DNA of 64,000 nucleotides from Vitrella brassicaformis CCMP3155 (taxonomy: Eukaryota > Protista > Chromerida). The stretch is from contig CDMY01000209.1 of assembly GCA_001179505.1 (NCBI GenBank), positions 102,705 through 166,704 on the forward strand. The letters are read 5' to 3'. The position numbers were made by a program, and so were the translations under genes. Shown here in pieces: positions 1-13,400 of this stretch; position 1 is the stretch's first letter, and the number at the start of each line of letters is the position of its first letter. Below the pieces are notes generated by a model. That model was not told the origin of the DNA. It searched no databases and worked only from the letters and a program-made list of their open reading frames with translations.

Positions 1-247
1 AGGCGTGGGTTCGATCGCGGGACAAAATAATTGTACAACCCAAATCGGGACAATGCATAGGGGGCCGCACGAAGAAGCGCTCCCAGGCAACAGGCAGACA
101 CACCGATAAATCATCCCACAACCACCACCACAGACAGTTGAACTCGACTTTCTTGAAATCCACAACACGTGAGCACCAAGAAAGTGCGAATCCCTAAGCC
201 CGCCTCCAGCGACAGAAGCAATTCAATCCCTCATTCTGGTCCTCCAC

Positions 248-1005
248 CCCACAGAAGCACGCACAATGTCAACATTGTCATGTCATGGCCCACCCCAACA
301 AACCGCACGATGACAAGCACACATACGAGACGATAAATTTCGCACACGAACAGCACAGAATCAAGTCATGCGACAGGACCCAAGCGACTGCGACCCAACA
401 GCATAGATACACCACGGATTAAAGCAGGGATTAAAACCGAGGGATGCCTCATGAGAAGTGAACAAAGCCCGCACATTCATAAAATGCCACAAGCACCACA
501 CACATAGCTGGCAACCAACAAGCGCACGCCCACAGAGTGAATCCGCGCACCATGACCATGGCCTTTGAAAAAACCCATCTATCCATGCCAGCATGAATAG
601 CATCAAAGGACTGCATCTGGATGGGACTGATCCATCCCATATACGCTCTCATGAATGGAACACTCGAAGTCAGACAGACAAACGCCCACGGATAGAGAAG
701 GACAGGGAGGAGACGAAGATCCCGGCAGACAAAGAGAGCGAGAGGCATGGCAGCCACACAGGACGGACAGCCTTGTCGCATACAGCCACACAAGAGACCG
801 ACAGGAAGAAGCGATCGCAGGCGACGGACAGACAGCCAGACAGCCGGACAAGCACAGTACGAATTAGCAAACGAACAACACGTAAGGGGGAAAAGTGAGA
901 CCCCACCTTTGTGCTTTGCCTGTCTCTGCTTTGATCCATTCTCTTTCTCGTTGCAAGAGAGCCCAACAGAGCCCCTAGAATACTACAACTATCACACAGA
1001 CATGA
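248..1005. repeat. Dispersed non-coding repeat, copy A1 (3' flank of receptor gene 1)
   Basis: Highly similar over about 750 bp to 5124-5870, e.g. shared cacccaagcgactgcg..., catgaatagcatcaaagga...catctggatgggactgatccatcccatatacgctctcatgaatgga and gtaagggggaaaagtgagaccccacctttgtgctttgcc. Confidence 0.9.
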
Positions 1006-1099
1006 TAAAGGCAAGCCACCAACCAACCAACCAACCAGTGCACGTCCAGCATGAATCCGCTCACCACAATCCATGACCAAGGCATTGTACATGTCCGAC

Positions 1100-1335
1100 T
1101 GGCATCGATTGATGGCATCTCACACACGCTCTCACGAATCAAACACTCGCAGTCAGACAGAGGAATGCCCGCCCACCCACAGAGAAGGACAGAGAAGATA
1201 CGAAGATCCCAGCAGACGAAGAGAAGGACAGAGAAGATACGAAGATCCCAGCAGACGAAGAGAGCGAGAGGCATGGCAGCGGACGGACGGGTTTGTAGCA
1301 TACAGCCATACAAGAGACCGGGAGAAGAAACGGTC
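1100..1335. repeat. Partial, diverged copy of the repeat core, with an internal tandem duplication of about 36 bp
   Basis: Shares acactcgcagtcagacag...gaagatcccagcagacgaagagagcgagaggcatggcag...cagccatacaagagaccg with 640-830; the unit gagaaggacagagaagatacgaagatcccagcagacgaa occurs twice at about 1181-1260. Confidence 0.8.
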
Positions 1336-1377
1336 CAAACACATGCACAAAGTCCGTGAAAGGCAATAGCCTTGCGG

Positions 1378-4300
1378 TCACAGCGTCACTCCGCTGTCCA
1401 CGGACTCCGCTTTGCTTGGCTCGGTCCCCACAACCATCTCTGTTTTGCTGCGATTCGTTGCGATGGACGGCAACACGGAATGCAGAGCATAACGCAGCAC
1501 GAACAGAAGAATCTTACATATCTGCAAGACACGCGATCCCATGACAGAGATACAATGCAGCTCTGCTGTTGTGTGCGGTAACCTGCCATTGTGCTGATGT
1601 ACCTGGAAGAGTGAAGTCAGGAGAGACATGAGCGTGACGGAAGGAATGCTTTGACCGCCAGCAGAGAGCATAACGTACGATACCTGTACATATCAGCAGA
1701 CAAAATACACTTAGCGGAGAGAAACCGTGCTTTTCTTGTTGGCGCGCCCTCACCTGCAAAGCCACCTGCGGGATGTCCTCTACAGGGATGCACACAGTAG
1801 GAAGGACTTACAGGAAGGCTCCATTCGTCAGTGAGGACGTAATTACCTGCCAGTGAGAGAAGCTCGAAACCCAGCATGCTCTTGATGTGCAGCTGCAGCG
1901 ACATCGACTTCCACCCAAACAGATGAGACGCAAACAAATGCAAGACGCCCAAGTGCATAAAGGAGCTCCCAAACAGCAGCACGATGATGATCACATTCCT
2001 GCGGTCTTGTGCGAGCTCCTCCATCCACTTGCAAATGTGCAGGCTCTGCCTGCTGCCGCCGCGCAGCAGGACGATCAGCGCCAGGGAGTTCGCGAGTGTG
2101 ATGATGATGAGATGCAGCAAGCCAACCCAAAACACCCAACCCATCTCCTCATTGTAGGAGCGGGCGACGAAAGTGACGTCGGTGATGAAGTCCCAGAGGC
2201 TGATGCTTGCCTGCATGACCAGAACAATGCTAGTTCTCCTCTCGTAATATACGCGGGAGATGCAGGCGACCACGAACGAGCCAAGCAAGAGGATGGCACC
2301 GGCGAGAAGCCAGCCGAGAGAGCTGTAGTTGATCTCCACAGGGCAGCGATCGCCAAACGGCACTCGAACGTTCTTCACCTCCAGAACAAACAGCGATAGC
2401 GGTGAGAAAACGTCGCGATAATAGTCTGCACACACAGGCACATTGCCTGTCGTACATGGCTTGACTGATGCTCTCTCATACCTGCATTGCACTCGAGACC
2501 CTCGGCTGCAAAGAAAGGGAAAATGAAGGCGGACAACGGCGAGGCCATTGCTGTCTCACCAAGCTTATCTTGTGGGCAGAATTTTGGACCAGAAACAGAA
2601 TGACCGCGCTCCCATTTCTGTATGTCAGCCCACAACCAGCACCTGCACGAAATGTACCCACACGGAAATCTATAGTCCCTACTAGCAGCCAGCCCCCCTC
2701 ACGTACCTGGCATTGGTGGTGCTCCAATATGTGCATCTGGGATGTTGCTGGCAGAGAATCTGACACCTCCTGGGTGAAAACAGCCACGTGGGGACCTCCT
2801 GCAGAAACGCGCGAATGCACGTTAGATACAACACACGACAGAGATCCTTTCCACGGACACTGCGTATGTGTCTGTCTCTCTTGTCTGTCTGTCTGTCTGT
2901 CTGTCTGCCTCGTCTCATTGTCACCTCTAACAAAGTAGCCGATCCCTCTTTCGTCTTCTCTCCTTTCCGATAAAACAGTGCGTCCCTCTTTTTGGCTATT
3001 ACGAGCCTTTTGTCTGGCTCGTCACTGATTGGCTCGTAATAGGGTTTCTTTTTTGGTCTGTTTATTTGACCAAACAAAGATTTTTCGTTCTGTCTGTCTG
3101 GCATGTTTCTTTCTCCCCTGCTCACGTGTAGCATCCGCAGCCGGCAATGCGATCGTAAGATGCTGAGAGAAAGGAAGAAGGAAGGAAGGAAGGAAGGAAA
3201 GAAAGAGATCATTTCATTCTTGCTCAATTTCTGACTAAGAGCCACTGACTGACAGAGAGCATACATTGTGTCACAGGGAAGTCTGGATACGCCGAGCGAA
3301 GCAGCTCCAGCGAGGTCCACAGGTTCTGGGATTTGAGCTTTTCCACGTCTTTCTCAGGTGGAGTGAGCAGCTCTGTGGGTGGATCGCAGGCCCGACCATA
3401 AATGAACCCTGTCGTCGTCCCTAACTGACACATCTTGAGCCCTGCACACACATACCGCATCCATGTATGTGCCCACTGTTGCCCATCCCCCATTTCGCAT
3501 CTCTCTGTGCTCCCTGACTCACCATCAGGGGCATCGTACTTGGGCAGGCTGCAGGAAAAGAAAGAATTGTTGACGTGTGCAATGTATGTGATTGGTTTCG
3601 CAGCTGACCATGCCCATCCTTGGCGGCCAACCCAGCTCAAGGAGAACCGAACAAAATAGCGGCATTCTGGAAATTCAGCGCACTTCTGAAAGACACGCAG
3701 ATGGGAACAGCAGGCAGGCAGGCAGACACACCACCGCATGACCACTTCCGTCTCCTCCTCCGCGCCATACATTGACGTACCTGCCGACACTCCTCGACCG
3801 TTAGATTCTTGTGCAAGTACTGTTTCGTAGCGTCGTTCCTGTAGACACAAAGAAACCAATCCGTCAGCGTGCCCATATACGCATATCCCTTTCGTCTCGC
3901 ACCAGAGTGTCGCGACCTGACATACAGACACACACACACACACGCGCGCGCGCGCAGAGGGTCCCCTGGGCGTCCTTCGCATCTTTCTTTCTCCCTCGGC
4001 GTACATTATTCTGGTCACATGGCCTGGCCTCGTCAAGGGGGCGGCAATCCTGAGCGCCACGTCGCCCATACGAGCCACTTCCCGCTAACACGGAGCTGAC
4101 ATTGGTCAAAAGGGAGCACTCGTACTTCCTGTCCACCGACACACAAAAACACTCAGACAGACACGAGCCACGTGTCTGTCTGAGTGACTGACCAATCGAA
4201 TGTCCACGCCATACAGGCGGTATTCTCTTTGCAGGCATTTGCACACTGCTCTGGCATCCAGACCTGCATATGTGACAGACGTAATTGACAGCCTTCCCCT

Positions 4301-4689
4301 GCTCTGTCCCTCGCCCTATCTGTTTGTGTGTGCGTTCACAGGCATTCGTTCCACCTTTTGCGTACTGATGGGATCTGGATCCTGCAGAAAGGCACCTGCA
4401 TGACACGTCGAAATCAATTGTGACCTGAGAGATCTCATCTGCCACACCGATTACCGACCATCGAGCGTGGCGTTCCATTGCTGCACGACAAAAGCAATCA
4501 TGCATGACCGAATGATGCTTGAGTGGATTTGCTCACCCAGCAGTCGCCGTTGAGCTGTTCGAGAGTGGCTGCCTGTCTGACAGCAATCTGGGTTGCAGGT
4601 GGCCGGTACTGGACTTGTGCCGACGCGCAAGCAATGATGATACAGGCGCAAAGGCAGAGCGCTGGCGCTTGGCACGAGTGCAGCTCCAT
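1378..4689 (-). CDS. Multi-exon receptor-like membrane protein 1: signal peptide, Cys-containing ectodomain, multi-pass (about 7 TM) C-terminal domain
   Basis: Signal-like start MELHSCQAPALCLCACIIIACASA (4689); hydrophobic exon LGWLLAGAILLLGSFVVACIS...LWDFITDVTFV...FWVGLLHLIIITLANSLALIVLL...LGVLHLFASHLFG...FELLSL; VEDIPQVALQ motif; ends ...DSGVTL* at 1378; internal exon boundaries only partly resolved. Confidence 0.7.
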
Positions 4690-5123
4690 GGAGGGGAGAT
4701 CTGCGTTCGGGAAAAACCCATGTAACGGAACTCTACGTACTCATCGCTAACACGATGCGAGAGAGAAGGGAAGGATACGAGAAATGAACATACCAAGAGA
4801 CTGCAATGGAGAAAATTGAGAGACATGTCCTACATAACTTGGGATGCTTTGTTGGCACGCCCACTTCCGTTTTCCTTTTCATGACATATGTCCTTTTAAA
4901 CTTGACAGCATCATCACATCGTCTTTATTGTCCTCTATGACTACAGGAAGTGTGCATGACTTCATCTTCGAGCCTTAAGTAAGTACGACTCGGGGGTATA
5001 CGAGTAAGTAATTACGACTCGGGAGTATACGACTCTCTCGAAAGCGAGAGATCCTTCCACGCTTATTTTGGCCCTTGCTCCCTAGTGCCCGCCGTACGAA
5101 GGCAAGGCGGCGTCGCCCAGATC

Positions 5124-5870
5124 ACACAGAAGCACGCACACGGCCCGCGCAACAAACCACACGATGATAAGCACACACAGTGTCACACACGAGACGATAC
5201 ACTCGTACACACACGGGTAGCATGAAGCCAAGCACAATCACATCACCACACAGCACCCAAGCGACTGCGGCCCACAGCATAGATACACCACGGATTAAAG
5301 CAGGGATTGAAACCGAGGGATACCTCGTGAGAAGTCAACATGACCCGCACATCCATAAAATGCCACAACCATTCACACACGCATATCGGACAGCCAACAA
5401 GCGAACGCCCACAGAGTGAATGCGCGCACCATGACCATGGCCGACGAAAAACCCATCTATCCATGCCAGCATGAATAGCATCAAAGGAGTGCATCTGGAT
5501 GGGACTGATCCATCCCATATACGCTCTCATGAATGGAGCACTCGAAGTCAGACAGACAAACGCCCACGAAGAGAGAAACACAGGGAGGAGACGAAGATCC
5601 CCACAGACAAAGAGAGCGAGAGGCATGGCAGCCACACAGGACGGACAGCCGTGTAACAGACAGCCACACAAGAGACCGACAGGAAGAAGCGATTGCAGGC
5701 GACGGACAGACAGCCAGACAGCCGGACAAGCACAGTACGAATTAGCAAACGAACAACACGTAAGGGGGAAAAGTGAGACCCCACCTTTGTGCTTTGCCTG
5801 TCTCTGCTTTGATCCATTCTCTTTCTCGTTGCAAGAGAGCCCAACAGAGCCCCAACTATCACACAGATGA
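5124..5870. repeat. Dispersed non-coding repeat, copy A2 (3' flank of receptor gene 2)
   Basis: Direct repeat of 248-1005. Confidence 0.9.
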
Positions 5871-6174
5871 TCCACGCAAGCCTCATAAAACCACATAGGG
5901 GCACCCACAATAAGCGTTCGCACGGCATGAACGTCAGACATGTCAGCATGGCAGATAAAGAACTCATCCGTCCATGCCCTAGCACCCACTCTGACAGCAC
6001 GAGGTCAAACCAAGCCACAGCACCCAAGCGACTGCGACCCACTAGCATAGATACACTACGGAATAAAAGGAATTCTCTGTCCCTCAACTACAATTGCCTC
6101 AGACATTTTACGGGCAACCGCTATAAAAGCGTACGCACGATCAACCAACGCACGTACGGTACGGATGCGTCCAC

Positions 6175-6465
6175 CATCTGGATGGGACTGATCCATCCCA
6201 TACGCGCTCTCATGAATGGAACACTCGAAGTTAGACAGATGGACGCCCGCCCACAGAGAGGGACAGGGAGGAGACGAAGATCCCGGCAGACGAAGAGAGC
6301 GAGACACATGGAGACGTACGAGACGGACAGCCTCGTAGCAGACAGCCACACAAGAGACCGACAGAAAGAAGCGAGCGCAGGCGACGGAGAGACAGCCAGA
6401 CAGCCGGACAAGCACAGTACGAACCAGCAAACGAACAACACGTAAGGGGAAGAAGTGAGACCCCA
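6175..6465. repeat. Further copy of the roughly 290-bp repeat core
   Basis: catctggatgggactgatccatcccata...gacagggaggagacgaagatcccggcagac...cagccagacagccggacaagcacagtacgaa...gtgagacccc matches 614-905 and 5494-5783. Confidence 0.85.
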
Positions 6466-9400
6466 CTACGGAGTACCTGTGTTTTGCCTCGTGCCAATCT
6501 CTCCTTTGCCCTGCCCCCGCGGCCAAGTAGCCAACACGAACCGCACGATTACCCCCAGTATGTTGACGGCCGACAACGCCAGAGCTGACAGTGTCAACGG
6601 AGGAACAGAGTCCGCCAGTGCCCCATCGCCTCCACTCAAAAACAAGGTCAGAAGCTGCATGCAGCGGCCAAAGATATACAACGCACATACATAGTCACGA
6701 TTGTCCTTCCCCTGTTTCGCTCTCACCTGAACGATACAGATCGGCACGTCGCCGACCAATGACAGCAGCTCGAGAGATGCGAACGCGTCACTTGCCACTG
6801 GGGTAGACAGGAATGGCAAGTCTGCCAGCTTGGACCACATGATGTGAAGCACACCAATGCTGAGTAACCACAGGCAAGGCACACACAAATCATACATGAT
6901 GCGTCATGTCTGCATGTCTGCGTGCACCCTCACTGACCTGAAAAATGACGCAAAGAACACCAGAACGAGGCCGGACCCTCTCTGTCCCTGCACCGTATCT
7001 CCCTCCCCCTGCACCGTGTCTCCCTCCCACTCCCGAGAGAGGGATTTCCTGCTCAGAGTGGCGTGCCACTCGTGAGAGAGGGATTTCCTGCTCAGAGTGG
7101 CGTGCTTGCCACCACTGCTGCTGTGCTCCGTCTCGGCATCTTGCCCCCCGCCACTCGATTCAGCCGGAGGGGTAAAGCAAGGGACGGACTGGGTCTCGCA
7201 GGGCACTGCGCGGCGACTGTCGCTGATATCCTCTTCCGTGAGGATGCACGTCTTGGTCGACTCTGACGGCTTGACAGATGCGGCGCCAGATTCCGTGGCG
7301 GATGGTTCGTGCTGATGAAGGGAGGGAGGGAAGACTGCTGCGGAAGAGAGCTCAGATATCGAGAAGGTTGGACAGTAGGACACGACGTCGTCCACATCGC
7401 CGTCTTTGGGGCTATCTCTAGGCCCGGCCGTGTGCATGACGATTGACGCATCGAAGGTCACGGCTTTCTTGACGGGCACAAACGTTTCGGTGTCTGAGGG
7501 CGGCTTCTTGGGTATTGTCGACGACCTCTCGAACCACCTTCGATAAGTAGGATTACGCAGGACCTGACAGCACACATGCATGCAACACATGTGCACGGCG
7601 GCTACGCGCTTCACTCATTTGCTGTCGCGTACCCATGACATGTTGTATATGACCACAGATGCCTCATTGAACAGCACGCGAGCCACAAACAAAGCCGCGC
7701 CGATCCAAAACAATAACCCATTGTGGCCAAAGCGGAACATAGACGCAACGAACAACACTGAATAGAACAGACAGTCAGACAGATACACAGACGTACACAC
7801 GATGATCACGATGACCCATCTCTCCTTCTTGTTGTTGAACTCACCGTGAACAATCGATCCAAGGCCGGCGATGACCGCTGCCAGCACCCGCCAAATGACC
7901 GTCTGGCCATTCTGCTTTCTACGATGAAGCGCGTAGGCAAATGCGACGAGCACAATCGTCCACACAGCGAGGAGTATCACAAACGGACGAAAGTCGATCT
8001 GTGAACACAAAGAACGACAGAGGAGGCCATTGGCATGGAGCTGATGCCTTTTTTTGGTCCTTTTTCCTACGTTAAAAGGGCAGCTCTGGCCATAGCCCAT
8101 GCTCACATTAGGCACCCGCAGCACGAGGAGCGCAAATGTGCCGTAACGAGCGCGGTAGTGATCCACGTTGCAAACATACCCCTCCTCTGCAGTGCAGCCA
8201 CATCAAAACAGAAGCACAGCCGTGAGGGTCAGTCGGGGTGTATTCACGGCATTGTTTGCTTCGTGCCTGCACAAAATGCATACCGATGAGCTGCTGAGGG
8301 CACTGACGGGGGCCACTGACACTGATGGGGGCCGACTGGTCTGCAACCCAGCTTGTCACATTCGCCCACAAGACACACTCGTTTACCACCGACTGAAACG
8401 CCTCGCACAGCGGAGTCAGCTGGCACTAGAATCACGGACAGGCACACAAAATCAAGGAGATTCAACCACTCAGACTTTTTCCCGGACATTGGCGGCCTGC
8501 AATCAGGTGCACCACTCACCTGAATCTGGCAGTCTCCTGGTGGGAAGTGCCATCTGCACATGACAACACAGAAGGAGCATAACCAATAGATCCTCCCGAC
8601 GCGGCCCACATTCCTGTCTCTCTCTCACATGAGCAGTGATTGCAGAACTGTTGCGGTGTTCGGGTCTGGCTGCAGCCCGATATGGTAGCAACCGCAGTTC
8701 TCGACTGGCTCATCCGCCTTGACCGCATAGGGCAATGAGACGTTGAGGAACGGAGGGATACCCCGGTCCCCTCTGTGATAACCCCGCTCCTCCTTGGTGC
8801 CTTTCTTGCCCAGGGCCCGTGAATTTGCATCGACTGGTAGGCCGAAATACAGGGACGGGTCAGCAGGGGTCATGTGCATCCCGCCTGCGTCAAAAGGGGG
8901 CATGTGGGCCGGAGGGAATGGGGCGTCTGGCGGACCGCAGTCATGGCCATCCACATCCCCACTAATGACACCAGGCATGCACACTCGCACACGGGTGTTG
9001 TCGAGGAGGAAGCACACGTTGCTGAGCAGTTTTCCCTCTCGGTCGGGGCTCGGGTAGCGGGGGTGGAATGAGAAGCCTTCGCACTGGGAGAAATCGAACA
9101 CAGAATGTCCATTAGCACGTTCGTTGTGCATTTGGTTGGGATCTGTCTGTCGGGTCGCCCACCTGTGCAATGGCGTGGCAGCGTGCATGGCAGTCGTGGA
9201 CGGTGGCGTTGTCTTTGTAGTCCCATGCCTCTTGTCTTCGAATACCGCCATCGATTGTGAGAATATTATGCATGATCGCTCCGACACCATACTGATAACA
9301 CGACGACACGATCGAACCTGATAGACAGACAGGCAGCCAGACAGACAGACGTGCAAATACGCCGGCCGACACCCTCTCGCCGTCCGTCCCCTTCTCTGTC

Positions 9401-9999
9401 TGACTGACCTCTGTCACAGTCTGTGGAATACTTGCTTCCCGAGACCACCACCTCCTCATGGTTGCCTGCCGTGTCCACCCATATCGCCTCCTCCCTCCCC
9501 GCATTCGACGTCTTGTAGTAGCACCCACCCCTCTCATCAGACAATTTGCCGTAGCTCCAGAACAAACACCGTTCGTCGTATTGACAGCCCCTCTGACAGT
9601 CGCTGGTTCACACGATGAATGGAACCAACGAGATGCATGAAAACCGTGAGAGAGCGTGCTGCCTGCGCTTACTAGGGGCCTCTGATGTTAATGTTGGGTT
9701 GGGCGTCGTCGACGTCGTATCCCCTGAAGAATGTGTCCCATTCCCAACACGTCGGCTCCTCGGGCATCTTGAACACATCGAATGCTGATTCAGAACCTTC
9801 AGAACCATTGCCTCCCCCGTCTTGAAGCTCACGGACGCCTGCCAGAGGCCAGATTCACACACTCTTACCAACAGACCACCAGAACGCTTGATCGCTGCTT
9901 CCTACCGTTGACTGCCTGTATGGCAAGCACAACACAAGCGCCAAAGATCAAGCCAAAGATAAGCCCAGCCGGCCGCATCAAGCGCTGCATCCTGCGCAT
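6466..9999 (-). CDS. Multi-exon receptor-like membrane protein 2: signal peptide, PAN/apple domain, ectodomain, multi-pass TM domain
   Basis: Spliced MRRMQRLMRPAGLIFGLIFGACVVLAIQAVNG-VRELQ...CWEWDTFFRGYDVDD...GPYDCQRGCQYDERCLFWSY...GGCYYKTSNAGRE...VSGSK (apple-type Cys spacing); TM exons FVILLAVWTIVLVAFAYAL, IGVLHIMWSKL...LELLSLVGDVPICIVQ homologous to gene 1; stop at 6466. Confidence 0.78.
6985..7110. repeat. Short in-frame tandem repeats within gene 2 (21-bp x2 and about 39-bp x2)
   Basis: ccctgcaccgt(a/g)tctccctcc twice; gagagggatttcctgctcagagtggcgtgc twice; they encode EGDTVQG x2 and HATLSRKSLS(H/R)EW x2. Confidence 0.85.
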
Positions 10000-10417
10000 C
10001 CTCCACCCAAGTGCGGGAGGTCCGAGGAAGATGCTGCTTGGGGGGGATGCTGATTGCGCTTCAGGAAGCCCTGTTGCCTCTCCACTAAATGAATGCAAGG
10101 GTTACAAACCTTCACAGGGTTACAAACCTTACCCTGTAGCCCCTCAAGCCCTTTGGCTCGCCGCCCTCATGCAGATGTCAAGCACAAAGCGGAAGGCTTA
10201 GCACCACCGTCTCAAGGCCACGCTCTAATTAGTCAGTCTTGCTAATTGGGCCACCTCGTGTGGCACGGCAGCATCCCATCAGCCCCCCTACCAATTACAC
10301 GCACGCCCTCATTCACCACATGCATGTCGACTGTGCAATGCGCACCTACCGCTACACACTACACACATATATGCGTCCTGCCTGCCTGCCTGCCTGCCTG
10401 CTGTCCTAGCTACGCCA

Positions 10418-13400
10418 TCACGTGACGGTGACTGTCTTGGCCAGCCCTCGAGGCTTGTCCGGGTTGATCTCTCTGGACACACACACAAGAAGCCGCACAG
10501 GCATCCATCTATCTATGTGTTTCTGCCCCTCCCTCCCGCCCACCTAATGAGGGCCAGTGCGTATGCGATGAGTTGCAGGGGGATGACGGCGAGGAGTGCG
10601 GTGAGCGGCCCGTTGGACGGGATGACTATGACGTCGTCGGCGACCTCCTGCACCATGGCCGGGTCGTCGGTGATGCAGATCAGGTGGGCGCCACGCGCTC
10701 GCACCTGCTGGGCGGCGTTGATCATCAGAGGCGCATGCTGGTCGCCGAGCACCAACAGGATCACTGATTGCGGCACAAGAAATATCGTGGAGTGAGAGGT
10801 GACTTATGATGCTTTTATGTGTGTAGGTACCTGGGGTCCTGGCATTCTCGTCGATGAGGGCGAATGGACCGTGCTTGAGCGCGCCCCCAGCAAACCTGCA
10901 AAGCGAAAGGCAAGAGATGGCATGAAGGGGCCGCCCAACGAGTGTGTGTGTGTGTGTGTGATGGGTGTGCTGACCCTTCTGCGTGTACGTAAGATATCTC
11001 TTTGATCTTGAGTGCGCCCTCGAGGGCCACCGGGAAGGCGAACCCCTTGCCTGCAACACACCACGCGCCGGCAAAACACATAGACAAGCTGACATTTCGT
11101 TTCGTCTCTCTGTGCGTTGCCCGCCCGCTCTTACCCAGCACGAATATCGTCGACGCGTCCCTGATCTTGTGGGCTATCTGCCTGCACAAAGCACACACCG
11201 ACACAAACAAGGGCATGATTAAGTCAGCATGTGTATCTGCCTTGGCCTTTCGCCTCGACTCACATGGCCTGGTCTCTGCAGTGGAGGGTCATCCCAGCAT
11301 ATACCGGCAGACGGTGAACTGACGCACATCAAACATGTCAGAAGTGGACGACGGACCTCTTTCTGTCCCTGTGTGTGTCTCGTGTCGTCTCACTGGCGTC
11401 CATGAGCAGTTGTCTCCTGTCGGGGAATCGTATCTTCTCCCTCTCCTGTGCGAACCACGCCGCGATGAGCGACAGCACCGTCACCTGGGACGAGAACGCC
11501 TTGGTCGAAGCTACCGCTACCTCACGACCTGCACACACAGAGACAGGCAAGACCGCCGTGTGGGCGCACCTTTTTCTCTCTCTCCCTCCCTCTCTCTCTC
11601 TCTCTCTCTGCGTGTGTACCGGCGTTGAGATAAACACCGCAGTTGGTAAGCCTGGCGAGAAGGGACCCGACGACATTGACGATCGAGAACTTGGTCACGT
11701 TGGCCTGATCGGCTACGTTGCACGCCCTGCGGAATAAAGAGGGACAGAGGGGACACACCATGATGCACTTGAGTGCATTCGGTGAGAATGAAAACTATGT
11801 GTGCAGGCTGCTGATGGCTCACCTGACGGTGTCTAGGGTCTCTCCCGACTGTGACACCAGGAGCACACCTGACATGAGCCCAACAGGCCGATGAGATGGT
11901 TGGAGGGAGAAGGTGTGTGAAAGCGCTTTCGTGTGTGCGTTTACCGGCGTTTTCCTTTGGGAATGTGTTGAGGTCCACTTCGCTCGCATCCACGGCCTTC
12001 ACCTGACCCACCAATGGATGGATGGATAGACGACATACACAGATGAGAGTGTTGTGTTGTGTGTGCCTCTCCCTCCCCCCGTCCCTCCCTCCCTCGCTGC
12101 CAGACTTACCGTGTCGAAGCACTTCAGCCACTGCATGATGAGCTCGCCGTAGATACTCGCGTACAGGGACGTGCCGCACCCAGTCACCACCAAGTTGCTG
12201 ACAAACACACACACATCAACTCATGCCATACTCACGTTTACAGACGGCTTCTCGGTCTCATGACAGTACCGTATCGACGCCATTCGCTCTCGGTTGTCGT
12301 CCATACCACCCAGCTTGACCCTGCAAACAACAAATGGGACAACGGATTATACATCCTTGGTTCTCGCGTCCTCTGTCTTGTGCATTAGCTACCGGTTCTG
12401 CAACGCAGAGAGCCGTCCACCGTAGTTGAGGGCCCCTGACGACCACACACAGAAACATGAGTATGCGCCATCCCTCCGTGCGTCTGTCTTACTTGCGAGG
12501 CTTTGTGGCTGCTCGAATATCTCCTTCTCCGTCCAGTGTGCGTAGGGTGCGGGCGATGTCTCCACCTTCTCCATCTTGATGTGCTGCATCGGCCTGCATC
12601 ACACAAATCACAGCGGGTCGTGCACCGACAAGAGGGCGCCTTGTCTGTTGTCATACCTGGTGGCCGACAGGTGTGCGATGCCCGCTCTCGTAACGACCGC
12701 GATCTCGCCATCCTTCAACGTCAAATACTCTGGCCCAAGAGACAACACACGCTCCTCATTGACATGTTTGTGCGGCTCGTTGTGTGTGTGTGTGTGTGTG
12801 TGTGCGTTGCATTCTCTCACGGTTTGTGTGTCTTGACAGGGCCGCCGCCTCGGATGCCACGAACACCTCTCCCTCAGTGCTGCCTGCATCCACGCAGAAG
12901 GCAACCATAATTAGTCGACCGATGTCTGCGTCCTGTCCACAACAGCTGTGAGAGCGTACCAACGAGCAGCGGGGATCCGTTTCTCGCGAGGACTATGCGG
13001 TCGGGGTAGTCACGATGCACTATCGCTAAACCCCAAGTGCCTGCATAGACGCGTCCATCATCCAAATGAGTGGGCGGAGTGCATGTGCAGTCCTGGTCAC
13101 CTTGCAGCTCGAGCACTGCTCGTGTGACGGCTGGCTCGAAGTCGTCGCCCTCGTCCATGAACTGATCACACACAGACACAGACGCCACGCACGCACAGAC
13201 ATCCGTGCATAGGGCAGAACAGCCTTCTTCCTCTCTCTCCCGTGCTCCCATTCCTACGTTGCTGATGAGGTTGGCGATCACTTCGGTGTCGGTCTCACTC
13301 CTGCAGAGGCACACAGGAGGAGGAAGCATTCATCACTGTGCATCCACCTTGTCTTGTCTCATTGTGGCTACCCACCTGAATACGATTCCCTTGTCGAGCA

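Noticed and set aside
361-1381. Many overlapping ORFs in the repeat modules, with similar translations at 5243-6688
   Set aside because: The shared peptides simply follow from nucleotide identity; there is no codon bias, splice logic or domain motif, so these are treated as non-coding repeats
10095-10135. Tandem agggttacaaacctt duplication resembling a telomeric seed
   Set aside because: Only two short units and not a regular telomere array; probably local slippage upstream of gene 2
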